NCBI GenBank assembly: GCA_038214755.1
Contig: JBBQRQ010000043.1
Location: 1-40,819 of the forward strand
Source of the DNA: Verrucomicrobiota bacterium
GTDB taxonomy: Bacteria; Verrucomicrobiota; Verrucomicrobiia; Limisphaerales; CANJXF01
DNA length: 40,819 nucleotides
Reading direction: 5' to 3'
Shown: piece after piece, positions 1 through 8,479 of the stretch
Layout of the letters: every line of letters starts with the position of its first letter
Numbering within the stretch: the first letter of the stretch is position 1
The notes under the pieces: model-generated
Seen by the model: only the letters and a program-made list of their open reading frames with translations
The model's database searches: none
Told to the model about the DNA's origin: nothing
Position numbers and translations under genes: made by a program

Positions 1-138
1 TTGGAAAACCGGCAAAAGCCAGTGATCCACCCTCAAAGAGTCGTCGTGAAATTGAAATCGAAAAAAGCTATGACCGCAAAAGAACGCCCGTTTTATATGG
101 GGAAAATTGCTGTCAGCCAAAACTTAACCGGACAGTAG
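1..138 (+). CDS. possible 3' end of a gene entering from outside the window
   Basis: Frame 1 is open for 45 codons from base 1 to TAG at 136-138 (LENRQKPVIHPQRVV...NLTGQ*); no recognisable motif. Confidence 0.3.
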   Translation: MENRQKPVIHPQRVVVKLKSKKAMTAKERPFYMGKIAVSQNLTGQ

Positions 139-337
139 TGAAAAATTTTAGGAACTCAAGGAACAGTGCGCGATTGTAACCCTCGGCCATTGCATCAGCG
201 ACTTCTGTCAAAACCCAAGCCGTTGTCACACGCGGATTAGGCAATCGACGACTGAGGGCTGTGGCGGGGTTGTGAGCGGAATCCGAAGGATTGAGAATGG
301 CCAAAAAGAAAAACGTGTCGGCGAAGACCGCTTTCAT
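113..337 (-). pseudogene. truncated PIN/VapC toxin
   Basis: N-terminus MKAVFADTFFFLA...VTTAWVLTEVAD is typical of PIN toxins, but the ORF stops at 74 aa and I found no C-terminal SLTDC/LTxD segment in the other minus frames; ATGA overlap with the upstream antitoxin. Confidence 0.75.
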
Positions 338-546
338 TTTTTGGGGAGGCCGTAAAGATAATGATCGTGATTTTTGGCAAGGTCGGAAGGAAGCCCTTTC
401 ACGCGCGCGGCGATTTGCTCCAAAGCATCCGTGAATTCGTCTGCGTCCGAACGCAGCGGCTTAACCTCTACAACCATTCCTTCAGGCAAATGAACATCGG
501 GCGGCAGAACGATTGCGCCCTTCGAGATTTTGCCCACATAAGTCAT
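334..546 (-). CDS. putative antitoxin partner of the PIN toxin
   Basis: 70 aa, MTYVGKISKGAIVLPP...LPSDLAKNHDHYLYGLPKK; this C-terminal motif is typical of small partners upstream of PIN toxins. Confidence 0.75.
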   Translation of the reverse strand: MTYVGKISKGAIVLPPDVHLPEGMVVEVKPLRSDADEFTDALEQIAARVKGLPSDLAKNHDHYLYGLPKK

Positions 547-626
547 GGGCGTTAAACTGCGCTTTTCTAAGATGCGCCGCAACTTTCTTTTTGCGGCAAT
601 GACTTCTTGTTTCGTCAGAAACGGGA

Positions 627-869
627 TTACCCTTCGCGGCTGCGTTCGGCAATCAAGTCAGCGATCGGGTCGTCACCGGGCTTCAAATATTTTCGTCCTG
701 CTCCACGAAGGCTGGCGGCCAGAGCCGCGCGATCCTGCACTCGCAATTTGACTACACCTTTTTCGTCCGTTGGAAACCATTCCACCAAGCTGCCTGCTTT
801 GATACCCGCCGCCGCAGCGATGGATTCAGGGACGGTTAACTGATGCGGATCGGTCACGGTTGTTGTCAT
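627..869 (-). CDS. AbrB/MazE/SpoVT-like DNA-binding protein (orphan antitoxin)
   Basis: QLTVPESIAAAAGIKAGSLVEW swapped-hairpin pattern; C-terminal IADLIAER typical of VapB-type proteins; no coupled toxin follows. Confidence 0.7.
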   Translation of the reverse strand: MTTTVTDPHQLTVPESIAAAAGIKAGSLVEWFPTDEKGVVKLRVQDRAALAASLRGAGRKYLKPGDDPIADLIAERSREG

Positions 870-899
870 CGGATTAGTTTATGGTTTGGAAATGAATTT

Positions 900-1110
900 T
901 CAAGCAGTCTGCGAAATCAGTTTGACGCGCTTCACGAAACTTGAAGTTCCGCCATCCTGCGCGTGGAAGGAATGACGTCACTCGACAAGTCCTTGAACAA
1001 GTCGCGCAGATATTCCTCCAAGTCCGCCAGTGATTCGCCCTGCGTCAGGTCATCAGGATATTCCTCCAGATGATCGAGCCATGCGTCGCCATCCTGCCAA
1101 TTGAAGTTCT
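900..1110 (-). pseudogene. hicB-like antitoxin lacking its start codon, plus hicA N-terminal remnant
   Basis: Minus frame reads WQDGDAWLDHLEEYPDDLTQGESLADLEEYLRDLFKDLSSDVIPSTRRMAELQVS* (stop at 932) with no in-frame start after the vapC stop; GTGA-overlapping stub MKRVKLISQTA* at 935-900. Confidence 0.75.
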
Positions 1111-1150
1111 GCGCGGCTGAAAAACGGAAGAAATTTTTCCGATGATTTTT

Positions 1151-1537
1151 TTACCAAAGCGTTTTAACCCATGCGCCGCCACGGATGGGGGCGTCGCTGG
1201 TAATCAGGGTGAGGCGGTGGATTTGGGCGGTGGCGACGATGAGTTGATCGGCGGGATCATTATGGAAATTTTTCAGTTTCGTCGAGGCGACGGCGATTTC
1301 GGGGGTGATGGGCAGGACCTGCACGGAATCGGGCAACGCGGCTTGAATCCATTCCAAGACGGGCCGGTCGAGTTGCAGTTTTCCTTTCTCAACTTTCTTG
1401 GCGATTTCCCAAAGGCTGATGGCGCAGAGTCCTACGATGACAGCGGGTTCGGCCAAAGCGGCGGCGGCGCGGGGGGAGAGTTTTGCGGGATTGCTGGCCG
1501 ACCAAATCCAGACGGCTGTGTCGATCACGTATTTCAT
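1151..1537 (-). CDS. PIN-domain VapC toxin
   Basis: VIDTAVWIW, ISLWEIA, FHNDPADQLIVATA, LITSD; acidic PIN residues intact. Confidence 0.92.
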   Translation of the reverse strand: MKYVIDTAVWIWSASNPAKLSPRAAAALAEPAVIVGLCAISLWEIAKKVEKGKLQLDRPVLEWIQAALPDSVQVLPITPEIAVASTKLKNFHNDPADQLIVATAQIHRLTLITSDAPIRGGAWVKTLW

Positions 1538-1749
1538 CGGGCCACTTCCCAGATTTCTTCCGTGGGCGATTCGGCATCACCCCGCACAGAGCCGAGTAAG
1601 CAGCCCAGCAAAGGATTTCCGGCAGCGCGTTTCATCAAAAAAACAAAGTCTTGGCCGGCGGCGTCGTGGATGAAAACGGTTTTTCCTTCTGAGGCGATGC
1701 GCTTCATTTTTTTGAATTCACGTTGAAAAGAGCGGGTAGTGGTTTTCAT
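1534..1749 (-). CDS. Phd/YefM-like antitoxin
   Basis: 71 aa MKTTTRSFQREF...GKTVFI; ATGA overlap with vapC. Confidence 0.75.
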   Translation of the reverse strand: MKTTTRSFQREFKKMKRIASEGKTVFIHDAAGQDFVFLMKRAAGNPLLGCLLGSVRGDAESPTEEIWEVAR

Positions 1750-1785
1750 GTCAAACAACGTGTCAGACACATCTGCGGCGGTCAA
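1750..1785 (-). promoter_or_regulatory. putative promoter and operator of the vapBC pair
   Basis: TTGACC-N17-CACGTT, 7 nt before ATG; palindrome GTGTC-T-GACAC at 1760-1770. Confidence 0.45.
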
Positions 1786-1832
1786 ATTTGATTTTTTTTC
1801 AACAAATCCAGCGCGTATTTGGTGGATTTACT

Positions 1833-2082
1833 TCAGCCATGTTCCTGAAGATGATCGCCGCGTTTCATGCAAGCAGTAGTTCCGCAGTTTCCGCTTTCGG
1901 ATCGAGACGAAAAACTTCCTCCCGTTCGGTTTCCAAAATGAGCGGAATGGCTTCCCGCAGATTGGCGAGACATTCTTCCTTCGTTGCGCCCTGCCCATTT
2001 GTGCCGGGGACTTCGAGACAAGTCGCCCAGAAACCTACTCGTCCGGCTCGCCACGGTGAACGATCGCTGTGAATTGCTTCAT
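1833..2082 (-). pseudogene. frameshifted hicB plus hicA remnant
   Basis: ATG at 2082 gives MKQFTAIVHRGEPDE*, continuing after a 1-nt shift as GFWATCLEVPGTNGQGATKEECLANLREAI...LLLA* (1865); ATGA-coupled stub MKRGDHLQEHG* at 1868-1833. Confidence 0.8.
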
Positions 2083-2156
2083 GTGAATATTTGTAATCTC
2101 TTTGGCGAAGAATGGAATTTTTTTCTTTGTTCTGCCGAAGCCTTCCCGTGCGAGAT

Positions 2157-2618
2157 TCATAATCCGGCAACAACCTCATGCCAATCAATCCCCAGTTCTC
2201 GCGTAACATCGATCAAACAATCAATGTTCCATTGTTCGAGCGCGTTGGCTGCGTTTCGGAGGCAACTTTCAACTTCCCATCCGACAATATTTTCAAATTC
2301 GGCGACAGAGATTTTTTTTCGGGAGCAAAACGCTTTAATTTTCTGGGCGACATCCGAAATAGAAAATCCTGCCATCCTGTCATCACAAAATAAATCGCGC
2401 GGATGAATATCAAGAATTTTGCAGATCTCGACAATTTGATTGAGTGAATAGCAATACGTGAGTTCATCATCAAAGGCTTCGATGTCGTGGTAGCTTGCCC
2501 TGTTTTCTACGACAGATTCCATTTGGGCAGCCGCTTCATGTTCAGACCAATTTTTCCGTTCACGCGCCTTGCGCAATTTATCGCGGTAATTGGTTGCTGC
2601 GATTCGCTGTTCCGCCAA
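2157..2618 (-). CDS. XRE-like helix-turn-helix protein, possibly two HTH units
   Basis: KLRKARERKNWSEHEAAAQM...QIVEICKILDIHPRDLF, then a second similar unit (KKISVAEFENIVGW...IDVTRELGIDW); TTG start. Confidence 0.6.
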   Translation of the reverse strand: MAEQRIAATNYRDKLRKARERKNWSEHEAAAQMESVVENRASYHDIEAFDDELTYCYSLNQIVEICKILDIHPRDLFCDDRMAGFSISDVAQKIKAFCSRKKISVAEFENIVGWEVESCLRNAANALEQWNIDCLIDVTRELGIDWHEVVAGL

Positions 2619-2633
2619 ATCTCTTCGTCTTTG

Positions 2634-3656
2634 TTATTCATTGGATTGTTGAATCTGCCTCGTTATTTCAAACGCCAGATCAAGCGCGTGTTTGGCCGAT
2701 TCACCGCTGACTTTGGGAGTTTGTTGCGCCTGAACGCACTCGACGAAGTGTTGCAGTTCCAGTTTCAGCGGCTCGTCTTTTTCAATCGGCACTGGCTCGC
2801 GCACGATTCGTTTGCCGCCGAATTCGCTGACGATGGTTGAATCGCGTGCGGCCAAAAGCTTTTTGAGCAGCGACGATTCTTCTTCGTCGTCGCGGGCGAT
2901 GCGATAGATGAAACCTTCCTGCGCGCGGTAATCGAGCGAGACGTAACTGGTCATCGCGCCACCGCTGAAGACGCGGATTTTTCTCATGCGCTCCGGGCTG
3001 ACGCGGCTCGCGGTGAGATTGGCGACGCAACCATTGGCGAAACGAATGCGCGCATTGGCGATGTCTTCGGATTTGCTGAGAACCGGAATTCCAACGGCAT
3101 CGACATTTGTCACGGGCGATTTCACGAACGCGAGCACGACATCCAAATCGTGAATCATCAAATCGAGCACGACGCCGATGTCGGTCGAGCGGGCAGGGTA
3201 GGGCGAGAGGCGATGCGTTTCGATAAAGCGCGGTTCGGTCGCGACGTTTTCAAGATATTTGAAAACGGGATTGAAACGTTCGATATGGCCGACTTGCAGC
3301 ACGCACTTGTTTTGTTGCGCGAGTTGGATGAGTTCCGCCGCCTGTGAGGAATTGTCAGTCATCGGTTTTTCGACGAGCAAATGTTTGCGTTGTTGGAGCA
3401 AAGTTTTCGCGAGAGTGAAATGAGTTGCGGTGGGCGTGACGATGTTCAGCGCGTTACTGGCGGCAGAAATTTCTTCGATGGAATTGAACGCACGCACAGA
3501 AAATTTTTCCGCAATCTTCCGCCCACTTTCGGGAACGACATCGTAAACGCCGACGAATTCAACTTTTTTTGCGGCTGCAAGTTCCGCGTAGATACGCGCG
3601 TGTTCTTTTCCGAGCGAGCCGGTTCCGAGCACTGCGACTTTCAACAGCGATGACAT
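2634..3656 (-). CDS. Gfo/Idh/MocA family oxidoreductase
   Basis: VAVLGTGSLGKEHAR, LLVEKPM, VGHIERFNP, DLMIHDLD motifs. Confidence 0.93.
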   Translation of the reverse strand: MSSLLKVAVLGTGSLGKEHARIYAELAAAKKVEFVGVYDVVPESGRKIAEKFSVRAFNSIEEISAASNALNIVTPTATHFTLAKTLLQQRKHLLVEKPMTDNSSQAAELIQLAQQNKCVLQVGHIERFNPVFKYLENVATEPRFIETHRLSPYPARSTDIGVVLDLMIHDLDVVLAFVKSPVTNVDAVGIPVLSKSEDIANARIRFANGCVANLTASRVSPERMRKIRVFSGGAMTSYVSLDYRAQEGFIYRIARDDEEESSLLKKLLAARDSTIVSEFGGKRIVREPVPIEKDEPLKLELQHFVECVQAQQTPKVSGESAKHALDLAFEITRQIQQSNE

Positions 3657-3670
3657 GAAATAGGTATGAG

Positions 3671-3701
3671 GTTCAAAGTCCGAAGTTCAAAGTTCAAAGT
3701 T
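3671..3701. repeat. heptamer tandem repeat (AAGTTCA-like, about 4 units)
   Basis: gttcaaagtccgaagttcaaagttcaaagtt. Confidence 0.7.
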
Positions 3702-3704
3702 GTC

Positions 3705-3874
3705 GGGTAGCATCTGCCTCCGGCGGGTGCGAGTTCATCTTCATTCGATGTTCAGGGTTCGATGTTGGATGTTCGATGTTGCTGAGTTGAAGCAAACATC
3801 GAACAACGGACATTGAACATCCAACATCGAATTGGAAAAAAAGTTTTCGCACCCGCCGGAGGCAGATGCTACCC
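3705..3874. repeat. REP doublet (family A) enclosing inverted heptamer arrays
   Basis: GGGTAGCATCTGCCTCCGGCGGGTGCGA (3705-3732) and its exact reverse complement (3847-3874); inside are TTCGATG-like array 3743-3780 and its complement 3795-3832. Confidence 0.9.
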
Positions 3875-3929
3875 CGGAAACGCCCGGAAACGCTTGAACC
3901 GATTCAAATCCTTCGCCTAGATTCGTCCC

Positions 3930-4577
3930 GTGGAAATTCTCAGTTACGCCATCACCGCGCTCGCCGCGTATTTACTCGGATCGATTCCCACCGGCTACCT
4001 CGTCGCGAAAGCGAAAGGGATCGATATTCGCAGTGTTGGCAGTGGCAATATCGGGGCGACGAATGTTTTCCGCATGCTTGGCAAAGGCGCGGGAATTTTT
4101 GTTCTGCTTGTGGACGCGCTCAAAGGTTTTGTCGCTTGTCATTTGGGAATTTGGGTGGCGCATCATAATTTTCCTCCTGACTCACTTGGTGGAAGGGATG
4201 AAATATTAGCAGTTCTCGCCGGAGTCGCCGCAATTGTCGGCCATAACTACACCTGTTTTCTAAAGTTCAAAGGCGGCAAAGGCATCGCGACTACTGCTGG
4301 CGTTTTAATGGCGCTTGCGCCCCGCGCTTTGCTCGTTGTTCTCGCCCTATTTATTTTGGTTGCCGTTTCGAGCCGCTACATCTCGCTCGCATCTATCGTA
4401 GCGGCGTTTTGCTTGCCGTTGGCGGTTTGGTTTTTGCACGGCAGCCCGACGATGATTGTCATCACCGCATTCCTCGGAGCACTCGCCATTTACAAACACC
4501 AAGCGAACATAAAACGTTTGCTCAATGGAACGGAAAATCGTTTTGGCAAAAAGAAAATCGTGGGAGAACCGAAATGA
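3930..4577 (+). CDS. plsY: glycerol-3-phosphate acyltransferase
   Basis: YLLGSIPTG, DIRSVGSGNIGATNVFR, GHNY...FKGGKGIAT, HQANIKRLLNGTE. Confidence 0.96.
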   Translation: MEILSYAITALAAYLLGSIPTGYLVAKAKGIDIRSVGSGNIGATNVFRMLGKGAGIFVLLVDALKGFVACHLGIWVAHHNFPPDSLGGRDEILAVLAGVAAIVGHNYTCFLKFKGGKGIATTAGVLMALAPRALLVVLALFILVAVSSRYISLASIVAAFCLPLAVWFLHGSPTMIVITAFLGALAIYKHQANIKRLLNGTENRFGKKKIVGEPK

Positions 4578-5554
4578 AAATCGCCGTGATCGGGGCGGGT
4601 GCGTGGGGAACGGCGTTGTCCAACCTGCTTTGTGAAAATAAAAACGAAGTGACGCTTTGGGGACACGACAAAGTGCATCTGGAGACAATTCAGAAAACAC
4701 GCCGCAACGAAAGTTATTTGCCGGCAATCGATTTGTCGCGCGAGTTGGATTTTGAAACTGATTTGTCCAAAGCGGTTGAGGACAGCGAATGCGTTGTCAT
4801 CGCAGTTCCGTCGAAATTTTTTCGGGAAGTTACCAGCCAATTGCCACGCTACGATGGAATCGCGGTCAGCGTGACGAAAGGAATCGAATATGAAACCGGC
4901 TTGACCATGTCGGGTGTTTTGCGGGGAACGATATCGCGTGCGAAACGAGTCGCGCTTTCCGGTCCTACACTCGCGCTCGAAGTGGCGCAGAGAATTCCCG
5001 CTGCCATCGTTGCCGCGAGCGACGACCCACATGCTGCTCTAACTGCGCAAAATCTTTTTCTGCGTCCGACCTTTCGCGTTTACACGAGCAGCGATTTGCT
5101 TGGCGTGGAATTGGGGGGCGCATTGAAAAACGTGATCGCGATTGCGGCGGGAATGTCGGATGGCCTCGGCTTCGGCGACAATGCGAAAGCGGCGCTGGTG
5201 ACACGCGCGATTGTGGAAATCCGGCGGCTCGGTATGGCGTGCGGCGCGAATGCGGAAACTTTTTCCGGCTTGAGCGGAATTGGTGATTTGACTGTGACTT
5301 GTTTTTCCAAACTCAGTCGCAATCGCGGTTTTGGTGAGCGACTCGGGCGCGGAGAAACGGTGGAAAATATTTTAGCAAACACGGCGAGCATTGCCGAAGG
5401 CTATCCGACGGCGCGTTCTGCGTTTCAACTCGCCAAAAAGCTCAAAGTAGAAACGCCCATCATCGACGAAGTTTACGCGATGCTTTACGAAGGAAAACCA
5501 ATCCGCGAAGCAGTGCATGATTTGATGTCGCGCGATACGAAGTCCGAGAACTGA
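4574..5554 (+). CDS. gpsA: NAD(P)H-dependent glycerol-3-phosphate dehydrogenase
   Basis: IGAGAWGTAL, VELGGALKNVIAIAAG, GDNAKAAL, GDLTVTC...SRNR; ATGA overlap with plsY. Confidence 0.96.
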   Translation: MKIAVIGAGAWGTALSNLLCENKNEVTLWGHDKVHLETIQKTRRNESYLPAIDLSRELDFETDLSKAVEDSECVVIAVPSKFFREVTSQLPRYDGIAVSVTKGIEYETGLTMSGVLRGTISRAKRVALSGPTLALEVAQRIPAAIVAASDDPHAALTAQNLFLRPTFRVYTSSDLLGVELGGALKNVIAIAAGMSDGLGFGDNAKAALVTRAIVEIRRLGMACGANAETFSGLSGIGDLTVTCFSKLSRNRGFGERLGRGETVENILANTASIAEGYPTARSAFQLAKKLKVETPIIDEVYAMLYEGKPIREAVHDLMSRDTKSEN

Positions 5555-5571
5555 TTGAGCAATCGTTTGGA

Positions 5572-6441
5572 TTATTTACGAGGCGTTTCCCGGGTTATGG
5601 AAGCGTCGACAGTCAATTTGATTGAACTTCCATCTGGAGAAATTTGAGGAACTACTTCCACTTTCGGACCGAACTGATATTTCTGATTATCGATCGTCCT
5701 TTCGTCGGTCACGCTTACTTGTGCCTGACGGCCATTTGCAGTCGTGATGCGCGGCGCTGAAAGAGTGTCTATTCCAGCGCCATTGGTGAGGTTTTTCAAG
5801 AGCAGTTCGGATTGGTCTTTAGTGAGGGTGAGTTGCGCAGAACTTTGATTGCCATCCGACACCACGTTTTTTAAACCGAGACTTTGCAATAATTCTTCCG
5901 GCACTTCTACAAATCGGGTTTGGAGATCGATCTGTGCAGTGCCCGCTTTTTCCCGGGCTTGCTCGACTGTAATTTCCTTGCCCGTTTCATCGATGAGCGT
6001 TGGTTCGATCAAAAGGAAAGTTCTCCTGCCATCAGGCGTGGGCCAACCTCCTGTCACGAGAGTTTGCCGGGGAGAAAGTTCCGCTTCGACATTGGCTATA
6101 GAAATTTCGACGGGAGACGCGACTGCGGGAGAGGTCGATTGCTCGCGAGGTTTAGGAATTGCGGCCTGCGCTTTGAGTTGTTGCCGTAATCGCGAAGTTT
6201 CTCCTCTTAATCGCAGCAATTCAGAATGATCTTCCCGTAACCTGGCAAGCTCGACGGAATCCATTTCAGTTTTCGAGAGTCGCGCGTTTTCGGAGCGCAA
6301 CTGTTCTATGTCGGCGGCAATGGCGCGTAGGCTCAGATTATCTTTTTGCAAATGCCCGATTCTTTCGCGCTGCCAAAAAACGATCACCAAAGCCACGGTG
6401 ATCAGTCCGAGCAGAAACAGGCGAAGTTTTTTCATAATCAC
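5572..6441 (-). CDS. membrane-anchored coiled-coil protein with secretin-like C-terminal segment
   Basis: N-terminal hydrophobic helix, coiled coil (ELLRLRGETSRLRQQL), then IDLQTRFVEV...LSAPRITTANGRQAQV...GPKVEVVPQI. Confidence 0.6.
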   Translation of the reverse strand: MIMKKLRLFLLGLITVALVIVFWQRERIGHLQKDNLSLRAIAADIEQLRSENARLSKTEMDSVELARLREDHSELLRLRGETSRLRQQLKAQAAIPKPREQSTSPAVASPVEISIANVEAELSPRQTLVTGGWPTPDGRRTFLLIEPTLIDETGKEITVEQAREKAGTAQIDLQTRFVEVPEELLQSLGLKNVVSDGNQSSAQLTLTKDQSELLLKNLTNGAGIDTLSAPRITTANGRQAQVSVTDERTIDNQKYQFGPKVEVVPQISPDGSSIKLTVDASITRETPRK

Positions 6442-7040
6442 AATTCTTCTTTGATCAATTTTAACAATGCCGAATATTCCTCGACCGCTTTAAATTGTGG
6501 AAATTGTTTTTGGATATTTTCCGGCGCATGAAAAAGAAAGCCGACATTGGCCTCAATTAACATCGCGGTGTCGTTGAAAGAATCGCCCGCAGAAATGACG
6601 TGATAATTTAGCAGCTTCAGCGCGGCGACGGCTTTTTGCTTTTGCTCAGGTGTGCGGATTTTGTAATCGACGATGCGATCATTCTCGACGACCAACTTGT
6701 GACAAAGCAGTGTCGGCCAGCCGAGTTGGCGCATGAGCGGTTTGGCAAACTCTTCAAACGTATCCGAGAGAATGATGACTTGGGTCAGCGTGCGAAGCTC
6801 ATCGAGAAACTCTTTCGCGCCGGTAAATGGTTTCAACGTGCCGATGACATTTTGGATGTCCGACAATTTCAGATTGTTTTCCGACAGAATTTTCAGGCGA
6901 CCGCGCATCAGCAAGTCGTAATCCGGTTCGTCGCGCGTGGTGCGACGCAGCGCGGGGATACCGGTTTTCTCCGCGACGGCGATCCAAATTTCGGGAACCA
7001 ACACGCCTTCCAAATCCAAAGTGACGATGGATTGTTTCAC
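6438..7040 (-). CDS. thrH: phosphoserine phosphatase / homoserine phosphotransferase (HAD family)
   Basis: LDLEGVLVPEIWI, TTRDEPDYD, ILSDTF, GDSFNDTAML. Confidence 0.93.
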   Translation of the reverse strand: MKQSIVTLDLEGVLVPEIWIAVAEKTGIPALRRTTRDEPDYDLLMRGRLKILSENNLKLSDIQNVIGTLKPFTGAKEFLDELRTLTQVIILSDTFEEFAKPLMRQLGWPTLLCHKLVVENDRIVDYKIRTPEQKQKAVAALKLLNYHVISAGDSFNDTAMLIEANVGFLFHAPENIQKQFPQFKAVEEYSALLKLIKEEL

Positions 7041-7127
7041 GGCGCGAATAATTTCAGGAAAGTTTTTGAGTGTCGAGGGAATCGGATTCGGTTTTTTTAT
7101 TTGCAGCCTTGAAGCCAGAAACGAAAT

Positions 7128-7454
7128 TCAATTCATTTCAAGCAACGTAGCGAGGGCGTCGTGTATTTGGTCCATTTCCGTGGAGGTTGCCTCACCCAGT
7201 TTGCGGATGAATCGTTCTTTGGCAGCCGCTTTGATTTGGTCCACCACTGCGACGCTAGGTTTGCCACTGCTACGAATCGCGATGAGCAGCGGAAATTCCG
7301 TTCGATTATGTGCGGTGGAAAGCGGAACGACAATCAGCGTGCGACGAAGCCGATTGAACGGCTCTCCTGAAAGGATGATGGCTGGCCGCGTCTTTTTGAT
7401 TTCTGAGCCGAGCGAAGGGTCGAAGTTGACCAGCCAGAGTTCGCCCTGCTTCAT
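7128..7454 (-). CDS. PemK/MazF family toxin
   Basis: GELWLVNFDPSLGSEIKKTRPAIILS...VVPLST...DQIKA. Confidence 0.93.
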   Translation of the reverse strand: MKQGELWLVNFDPSLGSEIKKTRPAIILSGEPFNRLRRTLIVVPLSTAHNRTEFPLLIAIRSSGKPSVAVVDQIKAAAKERFIRKLGEATSTEMDQIHDALATLLEMN

Positions 7455-7666
7455 GCTTCGTGGTCGTCAAATTTTTCCCACTCAGCCATCTCTCGTTGCA
7501 AAACGTGAAGATGATTGACGCGACGACAAACGGCCTCGAGCGATTCTGGCGAAGGCCGCAATCTTTTGCGCAGGAGATCCGTTACCACGGCGGAACGGTT
7601 TCCCGCCGGGACAGTTTTGCGGAAGCGATGACCCACTTCGTCCGGTAAGGTAAACGTCATTTTCAC
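7451..7666 (-). CDS. ribbon-helix-helix antitoxin
   Basis: MTFTLPDEV...GNRSAVVTDLLR; ATGA overlap with the toxin. Confidence 0.8.
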   Translation of the reverse strand: MKMTFTLPDEVGHRFRKTVPAGNRSAVVTDLLRKRLRPSPESLEAVCRRVNHLHVLQREMAEWEKFDDHEA

Positions 7667-7762
7667 TCCGGCAATATGGGGGCGGCGAAATGAAACTCAA
7701 TTAAAAAGCCGCGTGTTGTTTTCAAAGCTCGCTCGTTGAATCGGTCCCTGAAGCAACGTGAA

Positions 7763-8020
7763 TCATTTCCGATCAGCCTTTTCAACTCGGGTAATTTTCA
7801 CTTCTTTAACGGCGTGATCAGCCCAAAAGGTGAGCGCAAAATCTCCGACAATCTTGATTTGAACTTCCCGGCCCACTTCGTCCTTTTCTTCGTAATCGCC
7901 TTTTCGGTTCGGGTCATGCGCTAGGTCTTCGAGAAAAGCCAAAATCTTCTGGCGCTGGCTGGGTCTGGGCCGATCCAGTTGAAGAATTTCAATGGAGATT
8001 AAGACCTTGTAAGGCGGCAA
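7763..8020 (-). CDS. RelE/ParE-like toxin (divergent)
   Basis: 85 aa, YKVLIS...KILAFLEDLAHDP...IVGDFALTFWADHAVKEVKI; 3 bp downstream of a small partner gene. Confidence 0.65.
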   Translation of the reverse strand: MPPYKVLISIEILQLDRPRPSQRQKILAFLEDLAHDPNRKGDYEEKDEVGREVQIKIVGDFALTFWADHAVKEVKITRVEKADRK

Positions 8021-8023
8021 AAC

Positions 8024-8218
8024 TCAGTCTTTCCATTTTTCCCGCAGTTCATCCAGGGAAAGCCAATGCGAAGGATGGTTGTCATCCATGCGGGCGGCGA
8101 TTTCACGACGGATATCTGGATCGCGCTGATGCCGAAGATGAACTAAAAATGCGGCCAAATAGTCCTGATGTTCACCAGGCATTTCGGCCAACTCGCTTTT
8201 CATCGTCTCCAAATCCAT
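8024..8218 (-). CDS. putative antitoxin (addiction-module-like)
   Basis: 64 aa MDLETMKSELAEM...WLSLDELREKW, directly upstream of the RelE-like gene. Confidence 0.65.
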   Translation of the reverse strand: MDLETMKSELAEMPGEHQDYLAAFLVHLRHQRDPDIRREIAARMDDNHPSHWLSLDELREKWKD

Positions 8219-8270
8219 GTGAAAACAATTAGCGGATCGAAAAGGCCTTGTCCAGCCAGCCGTTTTCTTG

Positions 8271-8439
8271 GGGTGTGATTTAAACTGGCGGTCAGAACAA
8301 GAGCGCCAGAGGGCTGGCGCACTCCAAGACGCTTCGCGCCATTCATGCACCATCGAAATTCGCGCGAGCGTCTTGGAGTGCGGCGGCCCTCCGCCGCTTT
8401 TAACAGCACCGGTAGTGACCGCCACTTGAAATCACACCC
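8271..8439. mobile_element. MITE with 24-bp TIRs and 9-bp target duplication, carrying a REP doublet
   Basis: TIRs GGGTGTGATTT(AAAC/CAAG)TGGCGGTCA; direct repeat GTTTTCTTG at 8262-8270 and 8440-8448; internal CACTCCAAGACGCT...AGCGTCTTGGAGTG doublet at 8299-8401. Confidence 0.85.
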
Positions 8440-8479
8440 GTTTTCTTGACGGCGGAATTTGTTGTTACAAACTGGAACA

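Noticed and set aside
113..2082. Integron cassette array
   Set aside because: No integrase and no repeated attC-like sites seen between modules
3671..3832. Possible CRISPR array
   Set aside because: Units are 7-bp tandem repeats with no unique spacers, and there are no cas genes; the same applies to 23948-24110
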